Assembly: GCF_009914755.1 (NCBI RefSeq)
Contig: NC_060934.1
Source of the DNA: the human T2T-CHM13v2.0 reference genome, Homo sapiens
Reading direction: 5' to 3' (one strand)
DNA length: 64,000 bases
Part shown: piece by piece, positions 18,201 through 34,839 of the stretch
How positions within the stretch are numbered: position 1 is the stretch's first letter
Layout: each line of letters begins with the position of its first letter
The notes under the pieces: model-generated
Seen by the model: only the letters and a program-made list of their open reading frames with translations
The model's database searches: none
What the model was told of the DNA's origin: nothing
Translations under genes and position numbers: made by a program

Positions 18201-19024
18201 ACCTGATATTGTAGAATGCATGCCAAGTCAAAGCCAGGCTCCTGGGACCTGCCTCACAAGCAGAAGGTGGGGTCTTATCTTAGCACTTGCGCTAGGTCCC
18301 AGCATCTTCTGAGCAGGCAGGCATTTCTTGGTGCTGATTTTGCAGACTGCAAATGATGAGACTCAGTACTACTTCCCTCTGGAGGTGTGTGGATTTCCAT
18401 CGTGAGTCTCTCATCAGATTTCTATCCCAGAAGTGCTCAGCATCCATTTCCCACAAACATTCCTAAGATGAACTTGACCATGGGGCATGATGTTAGCATT
18501 GTCTTCTATGTGCTGCCTGAGCTCCCAGCTCTACTGGAAGTTGCTTATGGACTACGAGCAATCTTGCATGTGACTTCTTCAGGTCCTTTCCCTGCAGTGG
18601 TATTTTGCCTGCAATAGTTATACAGCCATGTATTAGCCTTGCAGCCCCCATCACTAGATGGCCCCCACTTGAAAATTACAAATATATGATTTGACTGCCT
18701 GTCTTATCTTTCAAATATAAAACTTTGTTACTTGAGGGCAAATGTCGTGGTTAACGTGATTATTTCTCCAAAGTACAAAACAGTATGCTGGCTATGTGTC
18801 AGGCCCTGGACTAGGCCCTATGGGACAGAGTGCACCTGCTGGATAGGGATGGGGCGCCATGTGGGACTTGTCCTTCATTCTCTCGGAGTTCAGCAAAGCA
18901 GGATCCATCGGCTGTGTCCTGGAAATAGAAGGAAAATCACTTCCACCTGCTCTTCTGCTGTCTTATCAGAGAGTGCAGATTAAGCTACCTGGTGTTATCA
19001 GCATGTTTGTCTCCTCCTGTCTAG

Positions 19025-19149
19025 GGGATATGCAACGAAGCATGTTGTTGAAGGTCTGGAACCAAGGACGCTGTACAGATTTCGCCTGAAGGTCACCAGC
19101 CCCTCTGGGGAGTGTGAGTACAGCCCACTCGTCTCAGTGTCTACAACCA
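19025..19149 (+). CDS. FANK1: FANK1 exon 3 ([41 protein letters not shown])
   Basis: ctag|GGGATAT ... ACCA|gtgagt; 125 nt; FN3 'GLEPxTxYxFRL' motif. Confidence 0.97.
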
Positions 19150-19753
19150 GTGAGTATTCAGACCGTCCACACTCACCTCTCTCTAGATCAATGGAGATGA
19201 CAAGCAATTTAGAAAAAATATTCTGCCTCTCGTTTGGCCTTACCAGAAGCAGAAATGATACAATTTTTAAACACTGCAATAATATTTGCTAGTTGGGCCT
19301 TGCCATAACTTGTAATGTCAGGGAAGTCTAATTATGCTTTCACAAACTGGGAGAGCTATTTTTGTGCCAGAACTGTCCTGTTAGTAGCCATTCAGCACAA
19401 AAGGGTGGAGTCACCTTTCTTAGGAAATGGGCCACAGGGGTGTGGGCTGGGTAAGCCTAAGCGTCCCCACACAGCCAAGCAGGCTGCCTGCCTGAGCGTC
19501 CTTGGGCAAGCAGCTCCATTCAGTGTCATATCCATTTTAGACAACCCCAGGGTGTGCGTCTTAACTCGCCACACAAACCCGATTCCTGGGGTCACGGTGA
19601 GTGAGGGTGAACGAACAGTGCTGCTGCATCCACGGAGAATCCTGTGAGGGAGAGCCCCACATGGAGACCTCTGAGCCCTTCAGCCGGCTGAGTTTTAAGG
19701 TTGTTTCTGAGATTGGTATTTTAAAGCATTTTAAAGATGCTATCTATGTCCAG

Positions 19754-19831
19754 GGCCATCTCTGAGCAAGAGCCTTGTAAAAATTAGGATGGTCACAAGT
19801 GTTCTCCACGGCCCACCCACTGAAAACACAG
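19754..19831 (+). CDS. FANK1: Candidate FANK1 in-frame cassette exon (+26 aa) with a GC donor
   Basis: tccag|GGCCATC ... ACAG|gcaagt; 78 nt, phase 1-1, no stop in the FANK1 frame. Confidence 0.6.
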
Positions 19832-20759
19832 GCAAGTAATTTTTCAGTTGCACAAAGGAAACCTTCCTTTTGTGAGTAAAGCTCTTTTTCCGTTTTATTC
19901 CAGGTAGCATTTGGCTTGGAGGTATGTGCTTTCCATGGCTTTCAACTGTGTCCTTTAGGCATTTCTTCATTACAAGTTTTGTGTAGACTAAAGTTAACTC
20001 AGCTTTTGAGTTAACTCAGCTTTTGAGCTGTGGTACCTTCAGTTGCAGACCTGGCATGAGGGGACAGGATCTGAGTTTAGCAAACTGGGAGTTTATCTGT
20101 GAAAAACACAATTTCAGAGGAGACTTGTGATATGAAATGGTCAACTCTGGGGATGCAGGTAAAAAAAGAGGGCTCGTTCTTTCATCCGACAGTGTTGAGA
20201 ACATTTGCTGTAACATGGAAGGTACTTACCTCTGGGGTTCTTAAGAGAAAGCAAAGACAGCAGAACATGAGCTCTGTGTGCTGAAGGAAGGCAGAGGGCA
20301 TTGCAGGAGAAGGGGCAGGAGGAAGAGGTGGCAAAGGGAGTCAGGCATATGAACAGAGACTCCGGGCAACCCCAGCCAGGATGCCGTCCCAGGCTACCTT
20401 TCTGCTCCCTCCCATCCTCTTGCTGTCCCCACCGCCCACAGGCCTCCTGCCACTGCACACTCCCCTACCTCTGCCCTTCTTCCCTGGAGCACTCACTTCA
20501 TTGCTGTGCTCACTGAGCCTGCTCCATGGGCAAGCATGGCAGGGGCGATTCCTCGTGTGGCTTTCCCCTCCTCTGTCACATGCCTTCCCTCCTCCCCAGG
20601 TACAGAGCAGTATTCCCCCACCTCTATGAACACTTCTTGCATCTTAAGTATTTGTCTACCTTTTGGTCTCTCACCTACATTGCGGGCTCCGAAAGGATGG
20701 ACGATGGGTTGGCCATCTGTAGCTTGTGGGAGTTCCTTAATAAATAAGTCAGTGTGTGT

Positions 20760-20880
20760 GCCTGTGGCCTGAGCAGGAGTATCGCTTCAGCCAGGAGTTC
20801 AAGGCTACAGTGAGCTATGGTGGCACCACTGCACTCTCCAGCCTGGGCAACAGAGCAGGACCCTTTCTTTAAAAAAAGAA
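20760..20880 (+). mobile_element. Alu right-arm fragment (AluJ/FRAM-like)
   Basis: 'aggagttcaaggctacagtgagctatggtggcaccactgcactctccagcctgggcaacagagc' with an A-rich tail. Confidence 0.8.
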
Positions 20881-21196
20881 GATTCTTGATGGATGGATGG
20901 GTAATGAATTAAAGACCAGTGGCAGAATTAAGAGTATGAAAAGAAACACTGATTTTCTCAGGTTGCATTTATGTTTGTTGGAAGATGTATTAGTTTTCCA
21001 CTGGCCAGTGAGAGTCCACCCGAACCTTCCAGGTGAGGGTGAATATGGTTGGTTCTGCAGCCTTCCATGGTGGGCTTCAGGTGGCCTCTAGCATCCTCTT
21101 AATAGCACACCAAAGCCAGGGCAGGGGCTTCTGGCCCTCCTAGCCTGAGTTTACATGGGGTTGGAGTACCATTTGGAGCAATTTTAGGAAGGGCTG

Positions 21197-21565
21197 TTTA
21201 TTAGTGTGTTCTCACACTGCTAATAAAGACATACCTGAGGCTGGGTAATTTATTATAAAGGAAAGAAGTTTAATGGACTCACAGTTCCACATGGCTGGGG
21301 AGGCCTCACAACCATGGTGGAAGGCAAAGAAGGAGTAAAGGCATGTCTTCCACGGCGGCAGGCAAGAGAGAGCATGTGCAGGGGAATTTCCCTTTATAAA
21401 ACCATCAGATCTTATGAGACTTATTCACTATCATGAGAACAGCATGGGAAAGCCCCACCCCCATGATTCAGTTACCTCCCACCAGGTCACTCCCATGACA
21501 CATGTGAATTATGGGAGCTACAATTCAAGATGAGATTTGGGTGGGGACACAGCCAAACTATATCA
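21197..21565 (-). mobile_element. THE1 (MaLR) solo LTR
   Basis: Ends 'gagatttgggtggggacacagccaaactatatca', the reverse complement of the THE1 start; 5-bp TSD GGCTG at 21192-21196 and 21566-21570. Confidence 0.92.
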
Positions 21566-21722
21566 GGCTGTGCCTGTGGGCCAGATGTGCCTTCTCCCCA
21601 CTGAGCTGGCTCCAGAGGCAGCCATGGAGAGTTGGTGCAGCGCATTTGTCCTTACAGCGCCATGGCTTCCATGAGTAATTAGATGAGGCCTCCTGCAGGG
21701 ATGAGTGTGTGGTGGTGACCAG

Positions 21723-21724
<2 letters not shown>

Positions 21725-21770
<46 letters not shown>
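21725..21770. repeat. (GT)n microsatellite, about 23 units
   Basis: Read directly. Confidence 0.97.
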
Positions 21771-21771
<1 letters not shown>

Positions 21772-23927
21772 GGGGGAGTGATCCTGGCCATTTCACTGCC
21801 AGATAATAGATAGCATCACTGCCTGCAGCCAGGAAGCCTTCTCAACCTCAGGGGGGCTGTACTGGGTGGTGAGGATCAGGTGTCCTCCTCCTCCTAGCTG
21901 GGGCAGGCTCTTCGCTCTGTGGGCTGGCTGCAGCTCCCTTATGCTATTGTGTTATATATTTATAATATCCAAAGCAGATTCTCCTAAGGAGGCAGATCAT
22001 GCTAAACAAAGAACTAAGAAGGTGCACATGATACAAAATGCTTCTGTGTGGTGGTAATTTGCATTCAGTTTGAGAGTGTTTTAATGAGTCACAGAGGCAT
22101 GCACTTTGTTTGAATAAAGAATGAACAGCCTTTTCTTTCCCCCCAGGTAAAGTACACAGATTCTTGCTTAAATGAGGCTTACAATTTTAATCAGTTGGGC
22201 CCTTATAAAGAAAGAAAAACAGCTGCTACTTGTTAATTGGCAAATATCTTCTCCAATGAGCTCGTGATTTATTCACTGCTTTTAATAAAGACTTAAAATT
22301 CCACCAAGAAAGGTGTTAGCACCATATTATAATATCTGCAGGTACATCTGCAACTAAATGACCCTCTTAGAGAACATGAGCGATGGCTTCCTCAAGACCA
22401 CTCTGCCCTGCTCTGCCCTTCTCCTCGGTGCCCCTGCTCACCTGGCCCTGACTGGTGAGTCCATCCGGCTCAGGTGAGCATGGGCTAACATCCTCACCAT
22501 GGGCAGAATCAGTTTGATAATTGTAATTGCAACACTCAGGGTAAAACACTAGAAAAACCCGCAGAGCAATGGCCGGCCTTTTAAAAATATTCAGTTGCAC
22601 TTATTGATGGCATTCCCTTGGGCCAGGCCCACAAAGTCTTGAAGGATTCAGGGGTGGGAGGAATGAAACATTCTGTTCACCCTGGAATTTCCTCTCTGTT
22701 CCTCAGGACTCCTGCCTATAGTGGGAGTAGAAAGAATTGCTGTGCACTGCAAACAAGGGCCTTTTCATTTCTTTTCTGTTTCTTTGTCAAATTCAGGTAA
22801 ATGGAGACGTTTTCGTACCTCTGTTGCTTCACACAGGTTTCAGTGTAATCCTCAGTCCCTCCTTTCCCTCTTGGTAGTAGCGTGAGGACGATTAAGGAGT
22901 TAACACTGAGAAAGAGCTCTCACACCCTGGAACGATGGTTACTGCTCAGCAAGCAAGGACTGAGGAACAATTATGTCATTCCCCTCTCTTCAGTGAGGTG
23001 TCCCTTTGTTCTCAGAGTAAGCTGTGAAGTGCTCTTTACCTCCCGTGGAAGCTGGAATTGGCATTACATTTATTATATCCTAATACTAAAAGCCCTGGTC
23101 TTTGCTACAAACGGTCCTTAAGCTTATAAACATGCAGTGAACTTGTTTCATTTCCCAACCTTTGCATGCTGCAGAGCTTCCTGGTTAGGATGCGCTAGGA
23201 AGTGTCCCCACCGAGAGAGCCTTTCTGTTCAGGTAAGATGGAGGCTGTGGAGTAGAGGGGTCGGTGTAGAGAGGTGGTTGGGGCTGTGCCCTTAGAACTT
23301 TCCTTAACATCTCAAGCAGTTAGCACGTTTTGGAAGATTTTTAGGCATCCCCTTTCTTTTTTAACACTTTGCGGGAGGATCACATTTACTTATGATGTTC
23401 ATCTGTATTCAAAATTTGGTAAGAATGGAAGCATATAGTGAACTGGTCGATACTGCAGTGTTTACTAAGTACTAAAGGGAAGGAGTGGGCCTCATGGAAG
23501 ACTTGGCCTTGGCTCTGATGCTGCCCTCTCCTAACTGGGCGACCTTGGACAACTTAGCTTTTCTGACTCCCAGTCTTGTGGTTTGGAGGAGAATTTTAAA
23601 AGCACTGGGTAAAAAGCCTACGTACAGCTTAATTCATAGGATTTGATTTAGGATACTACACATTGTACAACTTAGTAGAAATAGAATGAGCTTTATATGT
23701 TGTTATAGGTGATTTATCCAAATGACTTGTTTTTATGTTTGAGTGGCAGGTGAAGTTTCAGATTAGGAAAAAGTGGGGCCTGTTAATGGGATAACAGAGA
23801 CTTTTATAAACATACCACTTTTCTTCTCCTGGTTAGCAACAGAAGGGGAAACAGTCTATGGGTTTAGTTCATCCATCTAAAGTATAGATGAGACGCATCA
23901 TGATTTTAAGTCCTTATTAATCTAGCC

Positions 23928-24150
23928 CAGGGTTCTCAACTTTGGTACTACTGATATTTGGGGACTGGATGGTTCCTTGTGGTGTCCTGTGCACTTATGG
24001 ATTCTTAGCAGCTTCCTTGGCCTCTATCCTCTAGATGCCAGTGCTCCATCCCCTTCGTTGTGGCAATCAAAAATGTCACCAGACATTGCCAAATGTCCTC
24101 TGGGGTATAAAACCCTGCCTCCTTTCTAAGCCCTTCTAGTGAAACCACTG
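23928..24150 (-). mobile_element. MER20 (hAT-Charlie) DNA transposon fossil
   Basis: 'cagggttctcaac' ... 'aaaaatgtcaccagacattgccaaatgtcctctgggg' ... 'aaccactg'. Confidence 0.85.
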
Positions 24151-24604
24151 AGCATGGCATGAACTCCCTTGGAAGGCCAGGGACAGCTGTGAGCCTTGGC
24201 CTTTGACAGGTTATCGTGCGACTTTTATTTGACACTTTTGATCTAAAAAATGTGTAGAATGATGAAAAGGAAGTATAATGTAGCTAAAAAAAGTCTGTAA
24301 GAGATTGGCTAGCTCTAGCAGACAAAATTGTTATTTCAAAATAATTTAAACTTGGCATAAATTTATTTTTATGAAAGAAAGGAAAAGGTATCGGCTAAAG
24401 ATCCTTCTGGTAGAAATCCTTTTATTCTCCTGTCTCACTGTTTTCCCAGTTTGTACATTGCCCAATTCACTTGGCACCACTGAAACCCTCCGAGGAAACC
24501 CAGAGAAAAAGTGTCTCCTATGCCCAGGAACTGGCATCCCAGAGAGATTTTCTACCATAAGGAGCAGGAAGAGGGAGGCCAGCTGATCTTTCTGGGCCGG
24601 ACCA

Positions 24605-24726
24605 TAAGAGGGAGGGTGGGTGAGCCCCAGGAGGCGGCGTAGGGTGCAGTGGGGGAGGATGGGGTAAGAGGGAGGGTGGGTGAGCCCCAGGAGGCAGTGT
24701 AGGGTGCAGTGGGGGAGGATGGGGTA
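24605..24726. repeat. 60-bp G-rich tandem duplication, 2 copies
   Basis: 24605-24664 and 24665-24724 are identical except at two positions. Confidence 0.97.
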
Positions 24727-25909
24727 GGAGTGGATATTTTCTTTCAGGGTTTAGAATAACAGGCTGAAAGCAGGCACTACAGTGTAAGTGAGCATGGGAA
24801 CTAATGGTTAGCTCTTTTCATGCTAACCCCCTAGAGCCTAGCACAGGACTTGGCATGTACATTACTTAGGTTTGTTGAATGAGTAAATGAGACCTTTGAG
24901 GTTTTTTTAGACCAGGGATTATAAACTCAAACTCTTGCCGTTTGCGGGTGAGGGGCTGGGCGTACAGTTGGAGTATGTAAGAAGTGGTGGGGCTGTATCC
25001 ACTGATGATGGTAGCTGCTGTACTGTCACCCCCAACAACAGGTTGTGTGCTGGGTACTTACGATGTGTCAGGTGCTATTCGAAGTGCTTCATTGGTGTTA
25101 TTTCATTTAAGCTTAATTGTGATACTTTTTAAAATCAGAAGGTGTAGAATAAAGAACAAATGAAACTAGAAACGCCTAGAAAGATGGGTGGCTTCTACAT
25201 AGCCCTTTATTCTCCCTCTGCTTGTGCTGCCCGCCTGCCTGTTGGCTTCGCTGTGGAGCTGATGTCCCCTGTACAAAGGATGCCCTCCTCCCCGGCTGTG
25301 GCCCATTGTTCTTTTAGGCTTCTGGACTCCTCCTGGGTCTTCGCTGGTTGGCAAGCTCTCTCCCCTAATTGGCTTTTCTCCTGGTGCTCCCCACCTTCCT
25401 GTGGGTCGAAGCCCTTCTGCCCCCAGAAGCTCAGAGAAGACAAGGCCAATATGTAAGTCACATTCCTGGGAAGAACTGAAAATTTTAATTTCAAATGTTA
25501 AAGCACTTTGTCTTTTTTTTTTTTTCCAAGTAGTTTAACATCTCTTTGGCAAATAAAACTAGCATATTGTGACAATTGCTGAGGTTTTCCTTGCTTGTAG
25601 GAGACATTTATTAAGTCTTATGAAATCTGAAAGGATTATTTCCAAATATCAAAGTAACATTCACAAAGCAATACTGTATAACTTGGAAATGTCCCAAGCT
25701 TTAGGTCAGTCAAAATGTTCTCTTAATATGTGAAAACAAGGTCATTTTCGGTAAAAGAAGCAGGTGAGTAGGAAATGTAAGATATACTTAACAGGAATAG
25801 CCAAGCGCCTTCCTGAAGATGATCCCCTGAAGGCCACAGGAGGACGATGGCGGGAAGCAGTCTCCTTTTCTGATGTTCTGGATGACTGCCTTCCATCTCA
25901 TTTCTCCAG

Positions 25910-25991
25910 GAGAGCCCATAAGTAGTGAGCACTTGCACCGGGCTGTCAGTGTGAATGATGAAGATTTGCTGGTCCGAATACTTCAAGGAGG
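25910..25991 (+). CDS. FANK1: FANK1 exon 4 ([27 protein letters not shown])
   Basis: ctccag|GAGAGCCC ... GGAGG|gtgaga; 82 nt. Confidence 0.96.
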
Positions 25992-27042
25992 GTGAGAGAA
26001 CTCTGTCAGTTGTTTTTTTTCCCCCATGCCTATAAAGTGCATAGAAATACATGCAGTAGTTTCATTTTGTTTTCCTAAAAATTCCCATGGCTTTGAAACT
26101 GCCTCCAAAATGGATCTCAGGTGACTGGTGTGAGTTAATAAACCACAGTTAATAAAGATGCTCGTGAAGCCCCATGTAAATGTTATATTTTGTGATTGTG
26201 TAATAGAAATTGTAAAAGGAATTACAAGGCTGGGTGTCATATTTTCTTCCCAGAAATAATTTCTGTCTCTTGCTTATAAGCCGCAGCATTTAGGCAAATT
26301 TCACCCCCAAATGCCCACATCTAATTTCTGATGAAACAAGGGACTCGCCAAATCAACTGCTTTCTAATTTAGAAGGTTGATGTAACACTAGAGGGGAAAT
26401 GGTGAATATAGCTGCTGCAGATGAGATGTTTGAAGTTACCTTCTACATGAAAAGTAGATGTTATCTAGGTTCTTTTTGAATCAATAGTTTTGAGTGCCCT
26501 AGAAGACAAGTCATTTGTGAATTCGGCTCTGTAATTTGGAGCTCTTAAGAGAAGGTTCCCACAAAAAGCCAAAGCTGCTACGCTGGAGTATGTGCGTGAA
26601 GACCTCCGAAAGGGCTGCTCTCTACCCAGTAGGTGAGATGGGAGGCAAGGATAAAGCTTGAGTCTCCACCAATACAGACTCATGTTCGGTAGAGCTGAGA
26701 GTCAGTAGTGAAGACACTGTCCTCAGCTATCTTAAAGAGCTGTGTTCACTGGAGAGTGCTTTATCCGATGGCCTCATGGCTTTGAGCCGAAGCATGTATA
26801 TTTTAAGTGAAATTACATCAATTTTCTCTTTTATGATACATTTGAATCTCATAGAATATTAGGTATATAGTTTAGAAGATTCTTAGCAGTCTAAGACAAG
26901 AAAAGATTTAATGGCCACAAAGAAATTGGAATTTTCAGTAAAATGAGTCATTTTACCCACCTAAGCCCTGTGAGAACCACCGGCTTTGACTCTGCAGTAG
27001 CTGTACTGAGCATGCTTATCTCTTTTCTCTGCTTTTCCCAAG

Positions 27043-27117
27043 CCGTGTTAAGGTTGATGTTCCCAATAAGTTTGGCTTTACCGCTCTGATGGTTGCTGCC
27101 CAGAAAGGATACACCAG
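27043..27117 (+). CDS. FANK1: FANK1 exon 5 ([24 protein letters not shown])
   Basis: ccaag|CCGT ... ACCAG|gtatgg; 75 nt; ankyrin G-x-TALMxAA motif. Confidence 0.96.
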
Positions 27118-27912
27118 GTATGGCTCTTCTTTTTTTTAAATCTCTCTTGGGGATTTAACTTTTTATTTTATTCAAAGGCTCTGGTCAGGATAAGGATGGG
27201 AGGAAAAAGGGCCATGGAGGAACCGTTTCTTTTCTATCTCCCAAACCGTACCATATGATGGCTTAGAAATTCAACTATTGTAATCATAAAGTTACACAAC
27301 ATGCAGGAGAGAATGTAAATCATGTGTTGAGGAAGAGAGGTAGCCATTTAATTACATGCAATATATTTTTTATGTTCTTGGAAAACTGGTTATTGGAATT
27401 CAATTTTTTTTTTTTAAGATGTAGAGAGAGGGATATTCTGGAAAACTTTCTGCTAGGTTGCTAAGTTATAATTTTCACAGATACACTCTCATTATCTGTT
27501 CCACACAGAGATAAGTATTAATACGAATACCTCATTTTCATTTATATTTTAATTAAATGCCATTTGAAAAAAACAGAAATGCATCTTCATTACATGCTAC
27601 CATTTAAGAATACATTAAAAATGGCCATTCAAAGGACAGCGAATTATTTTGGTAGCCCGATTTGTTTCATGTGCTTTCATTTGATTTTAATGAATAACTC
27701 GTGTCAAAGGTAAAAGCCCACATTTCTGGAATAAAGAGGTGGTTTTCTGGTTTAATGGTGCCTGGTTTTAAAACCAGCTGGCTTCTGAAGGTGCAGAAGA
27801 AACTGTTGAAAGATACATCTTGGATGCTGTGTTACTCATTTTTACTGGACTATTGTGGGTTCTGAGTGATCAAGGTGACTTATCTAGCTACACTTAAGTT
27901 TGTTTCCTTTAG

Positions 27913-27978
27913 GCTTGTGAAAATCCTAGTTTCTAATGGCACAGACGTGAATCTGAAGAATGGAAGTGGCAAGGACAG
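27913..27978 (+). CDS. FANK1: FANK1 exon 6 ([21 protein letters not shown])
   Basis: tttag|GCTTGTG ... GACAG|gtagga; 66 nt. Confidence 0.96.
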
Positions 27979-28749
27979 GTAGGAGGTGGGATATGACTGA
28001 AATTGTGCTGATGTTCTCAGAATTGTGTTGCTAGGCTTGTGCCCAGAGGGGTTGTGATTTCACCAAAACATTGTCTTGAGTTTGACAGTCCTGAGAGGTG
28101 AGTGGGTCGCTGAGGAAAGATGGTGATCACAAAAGCTGGCTTGCTCACATGGTCTTGTGCTTTTGCTCACCAGGGTGCTTAGGGGGGCATCTGTTGTAAC
28201 GTATGGTGACTTCTCTGGCATGGTCCCTGTGCCCAGTGGACACGCAGTGCACGGGAAATGGCAGCTACAGAGCAGCTCTCGCCATCCGCGCTGGGCGTGG
28301 GTGCAAGCGCCTGCCCCTGGCACCCCGTGCCTCTCTCAGGCCCCCGCTGCATTTCAGCCTCATTCATTGCTAAGAAATCTTCGTTGTTTCTAAAGAAGCA
28401 GACAGAAATTACCACAAGAGAGACACCAAGAGCACTTTCCTGAGGTGAGAGGCACATGTCCCCTTGGAGGGCTGAGAACGCTATAGGAAAAGCTCAGGGG
28501 AAGAACGTGACACACATAAAGGACAGATGAGAGTGTTCCTGAAAGACCTAAAAACACTTGCTCATCTAGTCATTCATCAATAAATTCCAACTAACCCATG
28601 TTTATTGATGGATTACTACTTGCCAGGTGCTGTGCTTTGGCACATGGGTGAAACACTGAGCAAAATGCCAGGCCCTGGCTTCAGGGGCTGTGGTCACAAC
28701 ACACACAGAACCAGGGCTTGAGCACTGTAGATGACATCGACAGACAGCT

Positions 28750-31900
<3,151 letters not shown>

Positions 31901-32522
31901 AACAAGAGAGAAAAGACGGGATTTTGTGTAGAGCTAGGAATGTGACCCTGAGCAGGGGACTCAGCAGCAGGCAAGCGGAGCGGGTCCTCCATTTCTGGTG
32001 GGCTTGTACTAGGGCACAGTGGGATGCCCTGCAGGGCTGTGCTCAGGAGTGTGCTATGTCCTGGCCACTCTCCCCTTCTCCCACCTTGTGAACCAGAGAG
32101 GGGAATTCTTATAGAGCAGCAGATAACAGACCCCATGGGTGCCAGGCAGTTTGAGTTCAGATGGCAGTTGGGCTGGTGGCTGACTCCAGCTGCTTGGCCC
32201 TTGGAGGACCTTGGTGGCTTTCTGCCAGTGGGAGGTGGTAAGTTCAGGGCTGTGCCTATCCCTGGGAAGGAAGAGCGCCTGGTCTCAATGACCTCATTGC
32301 TGGGCAATCCAGAGCCTCCGGGGCTGGAGTCTCTGGATTGTTAAAATAATCCAGGATTATTAAACAATCCTCCTCACCACCTAGAGCAAATTCAACAGAA
32401 TCTTAAGAGTTTGTTCTCTGTGAGGTGAGGCTATGGGTGACTCTGATATGGGATTTTTTTTCTAGGTACCATGCCTTACTTTATAATCAGAAAAGAGGCA
32501 TTATTTAAAAATCATGCAGATA

Positions 32523-32880
<358 letters not shown>

Positions 32881-33773
32881 TTAGCAAAGGTCATTCTAAA
32901 GACCTTTGAGTGCTTGGGAAAGCAGTATGAACACCCTAAACCCAGCAGGCAGGTGCTGCACCATGCTGACTGTCTTCTGGGGGTCTCCAAGAAATGAGGG
33001 ACTGTGTGAGGACATGCAGCTGCAGAGTTCTGGCGCCATCTCAGCTCGGCTGTGCCTTGCCTTGGGGGCTGGATATTCCAGTTATCACTCAGAGGCTTTG
33101 CACGTTTCCCTATTGAGAAGATCTTCTGTTTTATTTTCCAACTCTCTATTTTGAAATATTTACATATTTAGAAAAAATGAAAGAATAGTACAACAAACAC
33201 CTGTATACCCCCCACCTAGGCTTGGCAGTTGACATTTGGCCATATTTGCCTCTCCTTTTTTTTTTTTTTTTTTTTTCATTCTTGCTGAACTATTTTGAAA
33301 TTAGTAGATAGCATAACCCTTCACCCCTCAATACGTCAGAAAATGTTTCCTAAAAACACAGTCATTAACCTGCATAGTAATCGTGTCATATCACTTCTAA
33401 GACACTTCAACTAATTCCTTAATATCACTGATACACAACCACCCTGCAGGTCTCCCAACCTGTTCCCCAAAGGTCTTCCACAGCTCTATTTGGGAGGTGG
33501 TGTGGGGTTTTGGGGGTGTTGTGGGGTGAGACGTTCCCACATTTCATCTGGCCATTCTCTCTCTTTATAGTCTCTGGTTCTAGACCAGTCCTCTCTTTAA
33601 ATTTTTTTTTTTTTTTCTCATAGCAGTGACTCTTTGAGGAGAGCAGACCAGTTATCTTATAGAATGTCCTATGTTCTGGATTTGCTTGTCTCCCGGTTGT
33701 GGGGCAGGCATTTCACTTGTTCATCTATCCCTTTATTAACAATAAAGTTAAAGACAGGCTTAAGGGCTCTATT

Positions 33774-33905
33774 AGGTTGGGTGCTGTGGCTCCTGCCTGT
33801 AATCCCAGCACTTTGGGAGGCCGAGGCAGGAAGATCACTTGAGGCCATGAGTTTGAAACCAGCGTGGGCAATAAGCTGAAATTTTTTAAGAATTAAAAAA
33901 AAATT
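33774..33905 (+). mobile_element. Alu left-monomer fragment (FLAM/AluJ-like)
   Basis: 'gcctgtaatcccagcactttgggaggccgaggcaggaagatcacttgaggcc'. Confidence 0.8.
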
Positions 33906-34102
33906 AAAGGCTTAATTAGACTCAGGTTAACACTTTAGCAAGAATGCTTCAGAGCTAGTGTTGTGACTTCATGTTACATCCATTGGGAGGCCTGTGATGC
34001 AGGTTGTCTCACAGGTAGTGATTCTAGGTTTCATTATTTTTTTTAGAATGATGACAGCAAATTTTCTTCTCTGTAAAGATACAGTTTTCCCATTGCACTT
34101 AG

Positions 34103-34470
<368 letters not shown>

Positions 34471-34839
34471 TCCCCATTAACTTTTACCCAATCATTTCAG
34501 TGCCAATAATTTTATTGCCTGAATCAATTATTTAATTGGGAATTGCAAATAAGGGTTTTTCTAACTCTATGGTTCCTTTTATATTTATTAGTTGGCAGTC
34601 TTCTGTGAAAAACAGCTTCCCCCCACCAACTGGGGATGGACTACATTTTATCCTTAAAAAAAAAAAAAAAAAAGAAAATATTTAATTTTTAAATACCAAT
34701 TTTTAGAGTAAGAAATTGGTTTGATAGTTATCTCTAATAGTGTCAAATGAGTATTTTTTTTCCTTTTTCTCTTTTTTGAATATCATGGACTTTGGATGTT
34801 TTAAAATCCAATATTTTACCCTCAATTACAGTCACTATT

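Noticed and set aside
21291-21303. Possible PRDM9 hotspot motif in the THE1 LTR
   Set aside because: The - strand reads CCTCCCCAGCCAT, which misses CCNCCNTNNCCNC at positions 7 and 13.
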